Assembly (NCBI GenBank): GCA_905234195.1
Contig: CAJOFR010000001.1
Span: 99,057 to 163,056 of the forward strand
Origin: an uncultured Selenomonadaceae bacterium
GTDB lineage: Bacteria; Bacillota; Negativicutes; Selenomonadales; Selenomonadaceae
Direction of reading: 5' to 3'
DNA length: 64,000 nucleotides
Shown: positions 47,286 through 56,921 of the stretch, in pieces
Numbering within the stretch: position 1 is the first letter of the stretch
How the letters are laid out: each line of letters begins with the position of its first letter
Notes under the pieces: generated by a model
Databases searched by the model: none
Seen by the model: only the letters and a program-made list of their open reading frames with translations
Told to the model about the DNA's origin: nothing
Translations under genes and position numbers: made by a program

Positions 47286-48155
47286 TCAAGAAACAGAATC
47301 CAAAGTCACGCGCCCCAATTTTCCCGCGCGGAACTCCGATAAAATCATTCGCGTAGTTTTTTCGACGTCCAACAAACCGCCGCGCCGAATACAGCCGCGC
47401 TTAAAACCAATCTGCTCAAAAAGTTCGTGCCCGTTTTCCGCGAGAGGCTCCGAAATTTTGTAGCGTTCGATAAGCCCCGCCGGATTTTTTTCCGCCAAAG
47501 TTTCCAGCAGGAGACAAACCACCGGCTCCAGGTCGTAAATCTCGTCACTTATCGCAAAAGTCCACGCGAGTTTCAAAGCAACTTCCTGATCTTCAAACTT
47601 CGGGTACAAAATTCCCGGCGTGTCCAAAAGATCCAGCCCCGCGTCAATTTTAATCCACTGTTTGGCGCGCGTGACGCCCGGACGATTTTCAATTTTCGTG
47701 TGGTTGGCTCCGGCGAGTTTGTTAATCAGCGAAGACTTGCCGACGTTCGGAATGCCGACAATCATTGCGCGGGCTGAACGCGGTTTCGCGCCGTGCTTAA
47801 CGAACTTGTGAGTTTTTTCTTCGGCTAAAGTTTTTGCCTCCGCGATTAAATTTTTTATCCCCGCGCCCTTGACGGCGTCTACGGCAACTGCGGTGATTCC
47901 TTCCGCGCGAAATTTTTCCAGCCACGCTTTTGTTTCGGCGGCGCAAGCCAGGTCAGATTTTGCCAGCGCGGATAATCGCGGCTTATCGCCCAACAAATTT
48001 TTCAGCATCGGGTTTTGGCTTGAAAGGGGTATTCGTGCGTCCAGCACTTCGATTACCAAATCGACGAGCTTTAAATTTTCTTGAATCAACCGTTCAGCTT
48101 TTTTCATGTGCCCGGGAAACCACTGCAACGTTTGAATTTTACTTAAGTCCGGCAT
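47286..48155 (-). CDS. rbgA: Ribosome biogenesis GTPase A (YlqF/RbgA)
   Basis: The motifs WFPGHMKKA and the circularly permuted GTPase motifs ([12 protein letters not shown]-like [14 protein letters not shown]) are present. Confidence 0.88.
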   Translation of the reverse strand: MPDLSKIQTLQWFPGHMKKAERLIQENLKLVDLVIEVLDARIPLSSQNPMLKNLLGDKPRLSALAKSDLACAAETKAWLEKFRAEGITAVAVDAVKGAGIKNLIAEAKTLAEEKTHKFVKHGAKPRSARAMIVGIPNVGKSSLINKLAGANHTKIENRPGVTRAKQWIKIDAGLDLLDTPGILYPKFEDQEVALKLAWTFAISDEIYDLEPVVCLLLETLAEKNPAGLIERYKISEPLAENGHELFEQIGFKRGCIRRGGLLDVEKTTRMILSEFRAGKLGRVTLDSVS

Positions 48156-48178
48156 TTAATCACCTCGACAAAATTTTC

Positions 48179-48207
48179 TTGTTGATAAAGTACGTGTATG
48201 TTAAAAT
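48179..48207 (+). promoter_or_regulatory. Promoter candidate for dedA (TTGTTG-17 nt-TAAAAT)
   Basis: The hexamers lie at 48179-48184 and 48202-48207. Confidence 0.4.
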
Positions 48208-48236
48208 ACCTGCAGAAAAAATAAGGAGCGTGTGGA

Positions 48237-48833
48237 ATGGAACAAATTTCGCAGATGTTTTTGAATTTTATAGACGCTTACGGTTATGTTGCCGTTGCGG
48301 TTTTGATGGCTATGGAAAATGCCTGCATACCCGTGCCCAGCGAATTGATTTTGGGATTCGCGGGCTATTTGGTTTTTGCGGAGCGCATGACTTTTGGCGG
48401 CGCGATTGTTGCCGGAATGATTGGCGGTATGCTCGGCTCAATTTTTGCTTACGTCGTGGGACACACCGGCGGCAGAAAATTCGTCGACAAGTACGGAAAA
48501 TATTTTCTGATAAAAAAATCTCACGTCGACTTGGCTCAAAGGTGGTTCGATAAATACGGAATACGCGCAGTTTTTTTCAGCAGGATGTTGCCGGTTGTGC
48601 GGACGTTTATTTCTCTGCCGGCGGGCTTTGCTCACGTCAACTTCAAGGCGTTTTTATTTTACACGTTCGCGGGCTCGTTGCCGTGGACTGCGCTAATTTT
48701 GTGCGCGGGAGTTTTTCTCGGCGAAAACTGGAAATATTTGCTGGAGATTGGACATGAGGCAAGCATTGCATTTATAGTAATTTTCGTGGCGGTGATAGCG
48801 ATAATCTATTTTCGAGGACGCCGCAAAAAATAA
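48237..48833 (+). CDS. DedA-family membrane protein
   Basis: Motifs ENACIPVPSELIL and RMLPVVRTFISLPAG are present, with multiple TMs. Confidence 0.8.
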   Translation: MEQISQMFLNFIDAYGYVAVAVLMAMENACIPVPSELILGFAGYLVFAERMTFGGAIVAGMIGGMLGSIFAYVVGHTGGRKFVDKYGKYFLIKKSHVDLAQRWFDKYGIRAVFFSRMLPVVRTFISLPAGFAHVNFKAFLFYTFAGSLPWTALILCAGVFLGENWKYLLEIGHEASIAFIVIFVAVIAIIYFRGRRKK

Positions 48834-48845
48834 TTGAAGGAACTG

Positions 48846-49643
48846 ATGAAATTTATGCTTGATGTACAAAATCAGGAGGACGGGCGCGGAATAAAAATCC
48901 GGCGGACGGGAGTAACGAGGGTGCACTTGCCGTTTTTAATTTCGGACGGCGGCGCGGTGCAAAGAGTTTCAGCCGAAGTAAGATTCACCGTGTCGCTTAA
49001 CGAAAAAATTCGCGGCACGCACATGAGCAGATTGATTGAGATTTTAACGGACTGGGTAGAAACTCCGCTGAAAATGTCCGACGTCGAAAAAATTTTGGAG
49101 GACGCAATATCAAAACTCGAAACAGATTTTTCGGCAATACGGTTGGCTTTTAAATTCTTCGTCAAAAAAATCGCGCCGGTCTCCGAAAGAATTTCCCTGC
49201 TTGACGTCGATTGCGAATTTATCGGCGAACTTTCGCGCGGCTCTCGGATGAACTTCAGTTTAATTTTGGTCGTGCCTTTTACTTCGCTCTGCCCTTGCAG
49301 CAAAGAAATTTCGGACTTCGGCGCGCATAACCAACGCTCTCTTTGCAAAGTCAAGCTGGATTTTCGGGACACCGACCGCCTGGACGAAGTCAGTATCGAA
49401 AAAATCGCGGGGCTTGTCGAAAATCTCGGCTCAAGCAAAATTTATCCCATTCTTAAGCGCGAAGATGAAAAGTTTGTGACGGAAACCGCCTATCAAAATC
49501 CAAAGTTCGTCGAAGATATTTTGCGGGACGTCGTGATAAAATTGCGCGGCGTCGAAAATATTTCGGGCTTTGAAGTCGAATGCGAAAATTTTGAGTCGAT
49601 ACACAACCACAATGCTTTTGCCGGTCACCGCGAAATTTTTTAG
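48846..49643 (+). CDS. folE2: GTP cyclohydrolase I type 2 (FolE2/MptA family)
   Basis: Motifs DVQNQEDGRG, RGTHMSR, TSLCPCSKEISDFGAHNQRS, LKREDEKFVTE and ESIHNHNAFA are present. The start is ambiguous (48834 TTG, 48846 ATG or 48855 ATG). Confidence 0.85.
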   Translation: MKFMLDVQNQEDGRGIKIRRTGVTRVHLPFLISDGGAVQRVSAEVRFTVSLNEKIRGTHMSRLIEILTDWVETPLKMSDVEKILEDAISKLETDFSAIRLAFKFFVKKIAPVSERISLLDVDCEFIGELSRGSRMNFSLILVVPFTSLCPCSKEISDFGAHNQRSLCKVKLDFRDTDRLDEVSIEKIAGLVENLGSSKIYPILKREDEKFVTETAYQNPKFVEDILRDVVIKLRGVENISGFEVECENFESIHNHNAFAGHREIF

Positions 49644-50392
49644 AGCACGCTGATAAATTTGTGTGCTTGCGGGATAATTCGGACGTCCGATAATTTTTTG
49701 AGCGCGGTTGCTTGGAGCGACAAGATTTTTTCTGCGGGAATTGCTTGGATTTTTCTGACGGGCGTCACCGGTTGCAAAATCAAGAGGACTTCCGGAGAAA
49801 TTTCCGCGACGAGATTTATTGCCGCCGAAAATTCTTCGTCCGTCGTCTCGCGTGAAATTACAACCTTGATAAATAAATCTTTTTGTCGTGCGATTTTCAA
49901 AAACTTTTTGTGGAGCGCGAAAAAATTTTTCCCGCCGCTGACGCTCGGCAATTTTAAATCCATGCTGATAATATCGACGACGTCGGAAATTTTTTTCAGC
50001 TCGTCAAAGAGAATGCCGTTTGTTTCGAGAAAAATTTTCAAGCCGAGATTTTTCAGCCGCCCGCCCAAAATTTTAACGAACTGCCAATTCAAAAGAGGTT
50101 CGCCGCCCGTGAAACTAACTGAATGCGTCGGGACTTCCTCGACAAAATTTTTCACGATAGCCGCGACTTGATTCACGTCGACGGGATTTTTCATTTCGCG
50201 AAAAGTCATCGCGCCGGCGGCGGTCTCCACCCTGCAAAAATCCGCGCGCCTAAAATCCGTATCGCAATATTCGCAACGCAAATTACAATCCGCAAGCCGA
50301 ATAAAAATTTGGCGGCAACCAATGTATTTGCCTTCGCCTTGAATGGACGAAAAAATCTCTATCACGTTCGCCGCGCCTGAATCAGTTTTCAA
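49640..50392 (-). CDS. queE: 7-carboxy-7-deazaguanine synthase (radical SAM QueE)
   Basis: Motifs IFSSIQGEG, CNLRCEYCDT and FTGGEPLL are present. I prefer TTG 50392, 8 nt after GGGAGA. Track start GTG 50431 would add 13 aa. Its stop overlaps the folE2 stop (TTAG). Confidence 0.8.
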   Translation of the reverse strand: MKTDSGAANVIEIFSSIQGEGKYIGCRQIFIRLADCNLRCEYCDTDFRRADFCRVETAAGAMTFREMKNPVDVNQVAAIVKNFVEEVPTHSVSFTGGEPLLNWQFVKILGGRLKNLGLKIFLETNGILFDELKKISDVVDIISMDLKLPSVSGGKNFFALHKKFLKIARQKDLFIKVVISRETTDEEFSAAINLVAEISPEVLLILQPVTPVRKIQAIPAEKILSLQATALKKLSDVRIIPQAHKFISVL

Positions 50393-50454
50393 AATAAATT
50401 TCTCCCAACGAAATAAATTATAATTTGCCACAAAAATAAAGAAAACGCAAGCCC

Positions 50455-50483
50455 TTGTAATAAAAAATTTTTTGTGCTATTAT
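50455..50483 (+). promoter_or_regulatory. Promoter (TTGTAA-17 nt-TATTAT with a TG extension) for the ncRNA candidate
   Basis: The hexamers lie at 50455-50460 and 50478-50483, with TGc immediately upstream of the -10. Confidence 0.5.
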
Positions 50484-50489
50484 AAATTT

Positions 50490-50727
50490 GAAGATGGAGC
50501 TTGGCTGGGATGTACGAGGACTTTGGTAATGTCTAACCTACATTCAATTTAGGGATTCTGATTTGATGCGGCGGATGGAGAATTGTATTTAACACGAGTA
50601 ACAGAAACCGGTCTTAAGATTTAACCCACCTGCGAGGTCGCAGGTTCTAGACATTGAGAGAATACGGCATTTTGGACTTCATCTTTGGGAGGGGCTGCTG
50701 ACTTTTCGTCGGCGGTCCCTTTCTCGC
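50490..50727 (+). ncRNA. Stand-alone structured RNA candidate (~240 nt), class unknown
   Basis: The 297-nt gap lies between two minus-strand genes. It has a plus-strand promoter. Helices include AATGTCTA (50528-50535) with TAGACATT (50648-50655), the hairpin CCTGCG-aggt-CGCAGG (50629-50644), and AAGATG (50491-96) with CATCTT (50680-85). The terminal 12-bp hairpin (50691-50719) has three G-U pairs, which would be A-C mismatches on the other strand, and is followed by TTTCTC. No plausible ORF is present. Confidence 0.45.
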
Positions 50728-50728
50728 G

Positions 50729-52942
50729 TCAATCAGTTTTTAGCGGGTCGAGGTCAATTTGCACGCCGGGCATTGTGTGGAGTTCGTGGGCGCGCAGAAA
50801 ATTTCTCACCGCGTCCAAATCCAAAGTATGAATCAGCACGACAAACCGATAAACGCCGTCCAAAATTTCAATCGACGCGGAAATAGGTCCGTTAATTTCG
50901 TGGACACTTTCGGCGGCGGCGGTAAGGACTTCGGATTTAAAATCCGCGACGATTTTTTTCGCCAAATCCTTTGCCTTCTTCGCGTCCTTCGCAAAAAATA
51001 AAAGCTTGACCAAACGGCTGTAGGGCGGGAAAAAAGTTTTTTCGCGCTTGGGAAGTTCGTGCTCGTAAAAATTTTTGTAGTCTTGCAGGCAACCAAAAAT
51101 AATCGCGTCGGCTTTCGTGTTGTAGGTTTGCACGACAACCTTGCCGGGAATTTTCGCGCGCCCCGCACGACCGGCGGCTTGCATTATCAGCGCGAAACAT
51201 TGTTCTTCCGCACGAAAATCCGCGAAGTTCAAAATAAAATCCGCGTTCAAAATTCCGACCGCCGTCACGTTGCGAATGTCATGCCCTTTCGCAACCATCT
51301 GCGTGCCGAATAAAATATCGTACTCGCCGCGCCCGAACGCCTCCAGAATTTCTCGGTGACCAAATTTTTTATCGACGGCGTCCCTGTCCATGCGCAAAAT
51401 TTTCGCCTTCGGAAGAGTCACTTTCAAATATTCCTCAAGCTTTTGCGTGCCCGTCCCGAAAAATTTTATCTTCGTGCTTTCACACGCCGGACAACTTTTC
51501 GGCGGCGCGTGACGGACTTCGCAATTGTGACACTTCAGATAACCTTCCGCGTGATAAACCATCGGACGCCCGCAATGCGGACACTGCACCACAAAGCCGC
51601 AATCCCTGCACATGACGAACGTCGAATAGCCGCGCCGATTCAAAAGCAAAATCGCCTGCTGATTATTTTCCAAAGTATCTTCCAACAAATTCGTCAGCGA
51701 ACGACTCAACGCGCTCTTGTTTCCGGCGTGCAACTCCGCGCGCATGTCGACAATCTCAACTTCGGGCAGCGGCTGATTAAAAATTCTGTTCGGCAACTCC
51801 AAATAAATCAGCTCGCCTTTTTGCGCACGATAATAACTTTCCAAAGAGGGCGTCGCGGAACCGAAAACAATTGTCGCGCCGTGAAATTTCGCCAGCTGTT
51901 CCGCCACGACCCGCGCCTGATAATACGGCTGAATTTTTTCTTGCTTGTACGAATGATCTTGCTCCTCGTCGACGACAATCAAGCCGACGTCGTCAATCGG
52001 CGTGAAGAGAGCGGACCGCGCGCCGATAACGACGCCAATTTCCCCGTTACGAATCCTGTGAAAAACTTCGCTGCGCTCCGCGACACTCAAGCCGCTGTGA
52101 ATTACCGCGATGTCAGAAAAATATCCCTTGAAGTTGTGAACAATTTGTCCGGTCAAAGAAATTTCCGGCACTAAAATTATTGCGCGCCTCCCGATTTTTC
52201 GCGCAATCTTTGTCAGTTCGATATAGACTTGAGTTTTTCCGGAGCCCGTCACGCCGTGCAACAAAAACCCTTGAAAAATTTTTTCGAGCAAAAATTTTTT
52301 CACCGTCTCCACCGCCGCGAATTGTTCTGCGTTCAGCGTGATAATTTTTTGCAGAGCTTGCACGTTCGCATAACTGTCGCGGGATATTCGTATTTTTTCT
52401 TCGCGGACAAATCCCGCGTCGATTAGTGATTTTATCGTCGAGCGTGAAATTTTCAGTTCCTTCAGTTCGCTTGAGCGGAGTTCTTTTTTTTCGCGCAGGA
52501 GCCGTAAAATTTTCAAACGCGCAGGAGTTTTTTTGAAGTCCTCTTCCGCGAAATTTTTTCCGAGCTTGAAAATTTGTTCGGACTTCAGCGAAATTTTTCT
52601 GCCGCGTTGTCCCGGCATGAAGAGTGTCATTGCGCGGGAGAGCGGGCACAAATAAAAATCCGCCAGCCATTGCGCCGCGCGGATCATTTCCGGCGTGAAC
52701 CAGGCTTCGTCGTCGATTACGTCGATAATTTCTTTCAGCAGGAAACTAAATTCTTTAGCCGCGTCTGAAATTTCGCGCACGCCGATAACAAAGCCGTCGA
52801 TTTTTCGTGAACCGAAAGGAATTGTCACGCGCCAGCCCGCCGACAAAAAATTCAGCCGCGCGGGGACGGCGTAAGTAAAATTTTTGCAGATGTCTTGCAC
52901 CGGAACGTTCACGCAAACTTCGGCAACCAACAAAACAATCAC
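50729..52942 (-). CDS. priA: Primosomal protein N-prime (PriA helicase)
   Basis: Motifs LLHGVTGSGKT, the DEEQD box, the Cys-rich zinc region (CRDCGFVVQCPHCGRPMVYH...CHNCE...CPACES) and helicase motif VI (QAAGRAGR) are present. The start may be TTG 52933. Confidence 0.9.
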   Translation of the reverse strand: MIVLLVAEVCVNVPVQDICKNFTYAVPARLNFLSAGWRVTIPFGSRKIDGFVIGVREISDAAKEFSFLLKEIIDVIDDEAWFTPEMIRAAQWLADFYLCPLSRAMTLFMPGQRGRKISLKSEQIFKLGKNFAEEDFKKTPARLKILRLLREKKELRSSELKELKISRSTIKSLIDAGFVREEKIRISRDSYANVQALQKIITLNAEQFAAVETVKKFLLEKIFQGFLLHGVTGSGKTQVYIELTKIARKIGRRAIILVPEISLTGQIVHNFKGYFSDIAVIHSGLSVAERSEVFHRIRNGEIGVVIGARSALFTPIDDVGLIVVDEEQDHSYKQEKIQPYYQARVVAEQLAKFHGATIVFGSATPSLESYYRAQKGELIYLELPNRIFNQPLPEVEIVDMRAELHAGNKSALSRSLTNLLEDTLENNQQAILLLNRRGYSTFVMCRDCGFVVQCPHCGRPMVYHAEGYLKCHNCEVRHAPPKSCPACESTKIKFFGTGTQKLEEYLKVTLPKAKILRMDRDAVDKKFGHREILEAFGRGEYDILFGTQMVAKGHDIRNVTAVGILNADFILNFADFRAEEQCFALIMQAAGRAGRAKIPGKVVVQTYNTKADAIIFGCLQDYKNFYEHELPKREKTFFPPYSRLVKLLFFAKDAKKAKDLAKKIVADFKSEVLTAAAESVHEINGPISASIEILDGVYRFVVLIHTLDLDAVRNFLRAHELHTMPGVQIDLDPLKTD

Positions 52943-52946
52943 CTCC

Positions 52947-52980
52947 GGCTAGGGATTAGGGGTTAGAGATTAGAGAGAGA
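52947..52980. repeat. GATTAGR-type heptad array (GGCTAGG GATTAGG GGTTAGA GATTAGA GAGAGA)
   Basis: I read it directly. TAG occurs at 52950, 52957, 52964 and 52971, covering all three frames. TTA (TAA on the minus strand) occurs at 52956, 52963 and 52970, and the first of these is the stop of the DUF1294-like gene. Confidence 0.65.
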
Positions 52981-53297
52981 AAAAATTTTGAAACTAAGCC
53001 GTTCGGATTGAAATAGACCAGCCCGACTAAAATTATCTGCAGGAAAAAAATCACCGGTAAACCGAATTTAAATTTCAAGTGCAACGTCTTGTGATGACAA
53101 ACCTCCATTGCCGCAACCGCGCCGATAGTCCCGCCGATAACCGCCAAAGCCAAAAGATTGAACTCACTGACGCGCCATTTGTCGTGCACCGCGCAATATT
53201 TGTCCCAAGCATACACGGCAAAAGTAATAACATTAATCGCAAGCAAGTAGACCAAAAAGTAAATCAAAATTTTGTCGGAAGAAATTATCTCGGACAT
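52956..53297 (-). CDS. DUF1294-like small membrane protein
   Basis: The motif YAWDKYCAVHDKWRVSEFNLLALAVIGGTIGA matches the DUF1294 pattern. A GAGGAGGG RBS lies upstream. Confidence 0.65.
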   Translation of the reverse strand: MSEIISSDKILIYFLVYLLAINVITFAVYAWDKYCAVHDKWRVSEFNLLALAVIGGTIGAVAAMEVCHHKTLHLKFKFGLPVIFFLQIILVGLVYFNPNGLVSKFFLSLISNP

Positions 53298-53318
53298 TGT
53301 GCGCCCTCCTCAAAAATT

Positions 53319-55250
53319 CTAAATGTCGATGGAATTTTTGCTTTGCTTGAAAAAATAAATCCCGCAACCAAATTTTCGCGGCGAAATTTTTTTCAGCGCG
53401 TCGAAGTCATTTTCAAAATCCCGACCGTCAAGCGCGGCACGATAAATTTTTGTCGTCAGCCCGGTGACCTCCGGCGAATAATCCTGCGCGTCGATACGAA
53501 GAGCCGCCGCGCCCAAAAATTTTTCCACGTACGGCAACAGACACAAATCCTTCGCAAAATAAATGTGCTGATACTCAAATTGATCTACGCGCACCGAATG
53601 AATTTCGCCGGCAGAATCCACAAGCGCAAAGTGTTTGTCCAAAAGTTCGGGCGTCGCAAATTCGTCGTAGTCGGGGTGATAAAGTTTCGTCAAGTTGTGC
53701 TCGGAAATCATGGACTCCGTCGCTCCGTGCACGATAATTTCAATCGGCAACGCGGAATTTTCGACGACGCTGCGAACCTGCGCGAAACTCATTTCAAGGG
53801 ACGCCGTCGCTTGCACAGCCCCGAAACTCTGCAAAAATTCTGCGGCAACGTGATTAAAAAGATTGAAGGAAACGTCCGCGTAAATCGGCAGGTCTGAAAA
53901 TTTTTTGACGAGTTCAAGCGCGCCGAAGTTGCTGACCATGACGCCGTCGAAATTTATTTTGCGGCTCAAAAGTTCAGCAAGCTCGTTCAAAAATTTATCC
54001 TTCGTGATGCGCGGCGTGTTCAAAATAATTTTCGCGCCGGAAGCGTGGGCAAAATCGACGGCGGCTTGAAGTTCGTCGACTGTCCAAATTTTTTGCGGCT
54101 TGAAAATTTCCCCTCCGACGTAAATTTTATTTGCGCCGTTGTCAATCGCCGCGCGCGCAGATTCAAAACTCGAAACCCTTACGTTCAAATCGGGCTTGGT
54201 GTTAGAATTTTTAATCGCGCGTTCTTCGGAAAAAATTTTTTTCGCGGCGGCGTCGTCAAAACTTTTTTCGACAATGCCTTCGCTGAAAAAACGCGGCTCC
54301 CTTTTTCCGCTCAAGCCGAAATCTTTTTTGCTGACTTCGTGAAAAGCAGAAATCGTCGTGAAATTTCTGACGCGCTTTTCGTAAAAATCGCGCCAAACAT
54401 TTTCGTCGAGCGCGTAGCCCGTCGGGTCGGCAATGTATTCGTCAATCGCGTGGCGGTAAGCTGAAACAATCCGCGAAATAAATTCCGGCGGACGCATGCG
54501 CCCTTCAATTTTGAAGGAGTACACGCCGGCTTGAATCAGCTCCGGAATTTTTTGGAGCATGCACATATCATTCAGCGCGAGTTTGTGGGAAGTGTCGTCA
54601 ATAATTTCGCCGCTCTCCTCGTCGATAAACTTGTAAGCCCAACGACACGGCTTGAGGCACCGCCCGCGATTTCCGCTCTGTCCGAACGCAACGCCCGAAT
54701 GAATGCATTGCCCCGAAGACGCAAAACACATGTCGCCGTGAACAAAATGTTCGAGTTCGATACCGGTTTTCTCTTTCAGCAAAGTCATCTCCGGCAAAGA
54801 AAGTTCACGACAAACGACGACGCGATTTATCCCCAGCTTTTTCAAAAACTCAACGAAATGAAAATTGTTGACGTTCATCATAACGGAAGCGTGCACCGGA
54901 ATTTTCAAGCCGAGTTTCCTAATCAAATGGATAACCGCGAAATCCTGAACTATAACGCCGTCGGGTTGAATTTCGTCGAGGAAGCGCAAATATTTTTCCA
55001 GCGGCGCAATTTCTTCCGCGCTCATCAAATTATTCAGCGTGATATAAAGTTTTACGTCGCGGGCGTGCGCAAATTCGACGGCGGCTTTCAATTCTTCGTC
55101 GCTCAAATTAAAATCGTTCCTGTGTACGCGCATGTTAAAATGTTTTCCGCCGAGATAAACTGCGTCCGCGCCCGCGTCAATCGCCGCGACGAACGCCGCC
55201 CATGTTCCCGCCGGTGCCAAAAGTTCAACGGATTTGCGAGTTAATGACAT
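53319..55250 (-). CDS. Peptidase U32 family protein (long, two-module form)
   Basis: The N-terminus ELLAPAGTWAAFVAAIDAGADAVYLGG, the conserved E..HGDMC.ASSGQC..S segment and a second TIM-like module (SFESARAAIDNGANKIYVGG) are present. The start is ATG 55250, 8 nt after GGAAGGAG. Confidence 0.8.
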   Translation of the reverse strand: MSLTRKSVELLAPAGTWAAFVAAIDAGADAVYLGGKHFNMRVHRNDFNLSDEELKAAVEFAHARDVKLYITLNNLMSAEEIAPLEKYLRFLDEIQPDGVIVQDFAVIHLIRKLGLKIPVHASVMMNVNNFHFVEFLKKLGINRVVVCRELSLPEMTLLKEKTGIELEHFVHGDMCFASSGQCIHSGVAFGQSGNRGRCLKPCRWAYKFIDEESGEIIDDTSHKLALNDMCMLQKIPELIQAGVYSFKIEGRMRPPEFISRIVSAYRHAIDEYIADPTGYALDENVWRDFYEKRVRNFTTISAFHEVSKKDFGLSGKREPRFFSEGIVEKSFDDAAAKKIFSEERAIKNSNTKPDLNVRVSSFESARAAIDNGANKIYVGGEIFKPQKIWTVDELQAAVDFAHASGAKIILNTPRITKDKFLNELAELLSRKINFDGVMVSNFGALELVKKFSDLPIYADVSFNLFNHVAAEFLQSFGAVQATASLEMSFAQVRSVVENSALPIEIIVHGATESMISEHNLTKLYHPDYDEFATPELLDKHFALVDSAGEIHSVRVDQFEYQHIYFAKDLCLLPYVEKFLGAAALRIDAQDYSPEVTGLTTKIYRAALDGRDFENDFDALKKISPRKFGCGIYFFKQSKNSIDI

Positions 55251-55302
55251 AAAAAAATCTCCTTCCAATTATTTTATAAATTATAACATTACGGCAAAGG
55301 GC

Positions 55303-55331
55303 TTGCAATATAAACCGTCGTGCGATAAAAT
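55303..55331 (+). promoter_or_regulatory. Promoter candidate (TTGCAA-17 nt-TAAAAT)
   Basis: The hexamers lie at 55303-55308 and 55326-55331, upstream of the methyltransferase-pheS unit. Confidence 0.45.
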
Positions 55332-55371
55332 TGCCTGTATGTATATTAAAATGTTTTGGAGCTGATTTTCT

Positions 55372-56907
55372 TTGAGCAATTGGAGCGACGGATATTTCAC
55401 ACAGTCAACTTACACATACGGCTACTACAGAGAACTAAGCCCGACTTATCAGCGGTTTTGTTTGCTTGCAAGAGGTTTTGCCGCGCCGGAGCCGAGTGAA
55501 GACGACATTCATTGCGAGCTGGGTTACGGGCAGGGCGTCTCAGTAAATATTCACGCGGCGGCGACGCCCGGAAAATTTATCGGCACGGATTTTAATCCCG
55601 CCCACGCGGCAAATGCAAACGAACTTTTAAAAGCCTCGACTGCCGACGCAAAATTTTTCGACGACAGTTTTGAACAGCTGACAGAAAAAAATTTGCCGCA
55701 GTTCGATTCGATAAGCTTGCACGGAATTTGGTCGTGGATTAGTAGCGAAAATCAAAAAATTATCGTGGAGTTTGCGCGGAAAAATTTAAAGCCGGGCGGA
55801 ATTTTTTACAACAGCTACAACTGTTTTCCGGGCTGGGCGGCGAAAAGTCCCATGCGCGAACTTTTTATTCTCTACGACAAATACGCGCACAACAGCTCTA
55901 ACACTTACAAGCGCATTGAGGAGGCGTTGAATTTTACCGACGAACTTTTCAAGGCGAACCCCGCCTACGCGATGATTGTCCCCGAAGTCAAGACGGCTTT
56001 TGAACAGACACGCAAGCTTGACCACGATTATCTGGCGCACGAATATTTTAATCGTGATTGGATTTGCATGTACTTCACCGAAGTTGCGGAGATGCTTGAC
56101 GCCGCGAAATTGGAGTTTGCTTGTTCGGCTGTCCTGCTGGATTTTTTTGACGGCTTGAATTTTCCGCAACCTGCGCGAGAATTTTTGGACAAGATAGAAA
56201 ATCCTGTCATGCGTGAGCAAGCGCGAGATTATTTTGTTAATCAGCAGTTCCGAAAAGATTTGTACATTCGCGGGGCGCGGCATCTGAATCCCTTCGATCG
56301 TTTACAGCGGCTGATGAATACGAAATATGTTTTGCTGACGGCGGGAGAAATTTCCTTGAAGTTGCGCACGAATTTGGGCGAGGCGAATTTGTCACGAGAA
56401 ATTTACGACCCGCTGATTGAGTACCTGCGCGAAGATAATTTTGCGCCGAAGGATTTAAATAAATTTGTTGCGACTCATCCCGAAATTCCGGTAAACGCGA
56501 TTGAACAGGCGATTATTATCCTCGTGCACGCGAACGCCGCCGCGCCTTGCCAAAGTGATTCTGCGATTGCGTTGGTGAAAAATCGTTGCGATAAACTGAA
56601 CGATTATTTTTACAGCCGCGCGAGATTTTCGGGCGATATTAATTTTTTGGCGAGTCCGGTTACCGGCGCGGGGGTTCCCGTCGACAGAATTGCGCAACTT
56701 TTAATTCCCGCGTGGAAGTCCGGAAATAAAGACGCGAAGAAACTTTCGCAGGAACTGTGGAAAATTTTCGACGCGCAGGGGCAAAGGCTTATCATGAGCG
56801 GAAAAACTTTGGAGACGCCCGAAGAAAACTTGAATGAGTTTGAAAAAATAGCGAAGAACTTTTTGGAAAAGATTTTGCCGATTTTTAAAGTATTGCAAAT
56901 TATTTAA
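55372..56907 (+). CDS. Class I SAM-dependent methyltransferase with a C-terminal methyltransferase-regulatory domain
   Basis: The SAM motif I is CELGYGQG and the acidic loop is GTDFNP. The long C-terminal domain resembles the predicted MT regulatory domain family. TTG start. Confidence 0.65.
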   Translation: MSNWSDGYFTQSTYTYGYYRELSPTYQRFCLLARGFAAPEPSEDDIHCELGYGQGVSVNIHAAATPGKFIGTDFNPAHAANANELLKASTADAKFFDDSFEQLTEKNLPQFDSISLHGIWSWISSENQKIIVEFARKNLKPGGIFYNSYNCFPGWAAKSPMRELFILYDKYAHNSSNTYKRIEEALNFTDELFKANPAYAMIVPEVKTAFEQTRKLDHDYLAHEYFNRDWICMYFTEVAEMLDAAKLEFACSAVLLDFFDGLNFPQPAREFLDKIENPVMREQARDYFVNQQFRKDLYIRGARHLNPFDRLQRLMNTKYVLLTAGEISLKLRTNLGEANLSREIYDPLIEYLREDNFAPKDLNKFVATHPEIPVNAIEQAIIILVHANAAAPCQSDSAIALVKNRCDKLNDYFYSRARFSGDINFLASPVTGAGVPVDRIAQLLIPAWKSGNKDAKKLSQELWKIFDAQGQRLIMSGKTLETPEENLNEFEKIAKNFLEKILPIFKVLQII

Positions 56908-56921
56908 TGGAGGCTGACTTA

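Noticed and set aside
50393-50489. A preQ1 riboswitch upstream of queE.
   Set aside because: On the minus strand the region is T-rich rather than carrying the A-rich tail and CCC-containing loop of preQ1-I aptamers, and I could draw no convincing P1 stem.
50490-50727. Identifying the ncRNA candidate as SRP RNA, tmRNA, 6S RNA, RNase P RNA or a T-box leader.
   Set aside because: The hallmark motifs are absent: the GGAAGCAGC-type SRP domain IV, the tmRNA acceptor ends and tag ORF, a long closing stem with a central bubble, the GAGGAAAGUCC P4 sequence, and the T-box sequence. No downstream gene lies on that strand.
52947-52980. Reading the TTAGGG-like repeats as telomeric or G-quadruplex-forming sequence.
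   Set aside because: Only two G3+ tracts are present, the period is 7 rather than 6, and the context is the interior of a bacterial chromosome.
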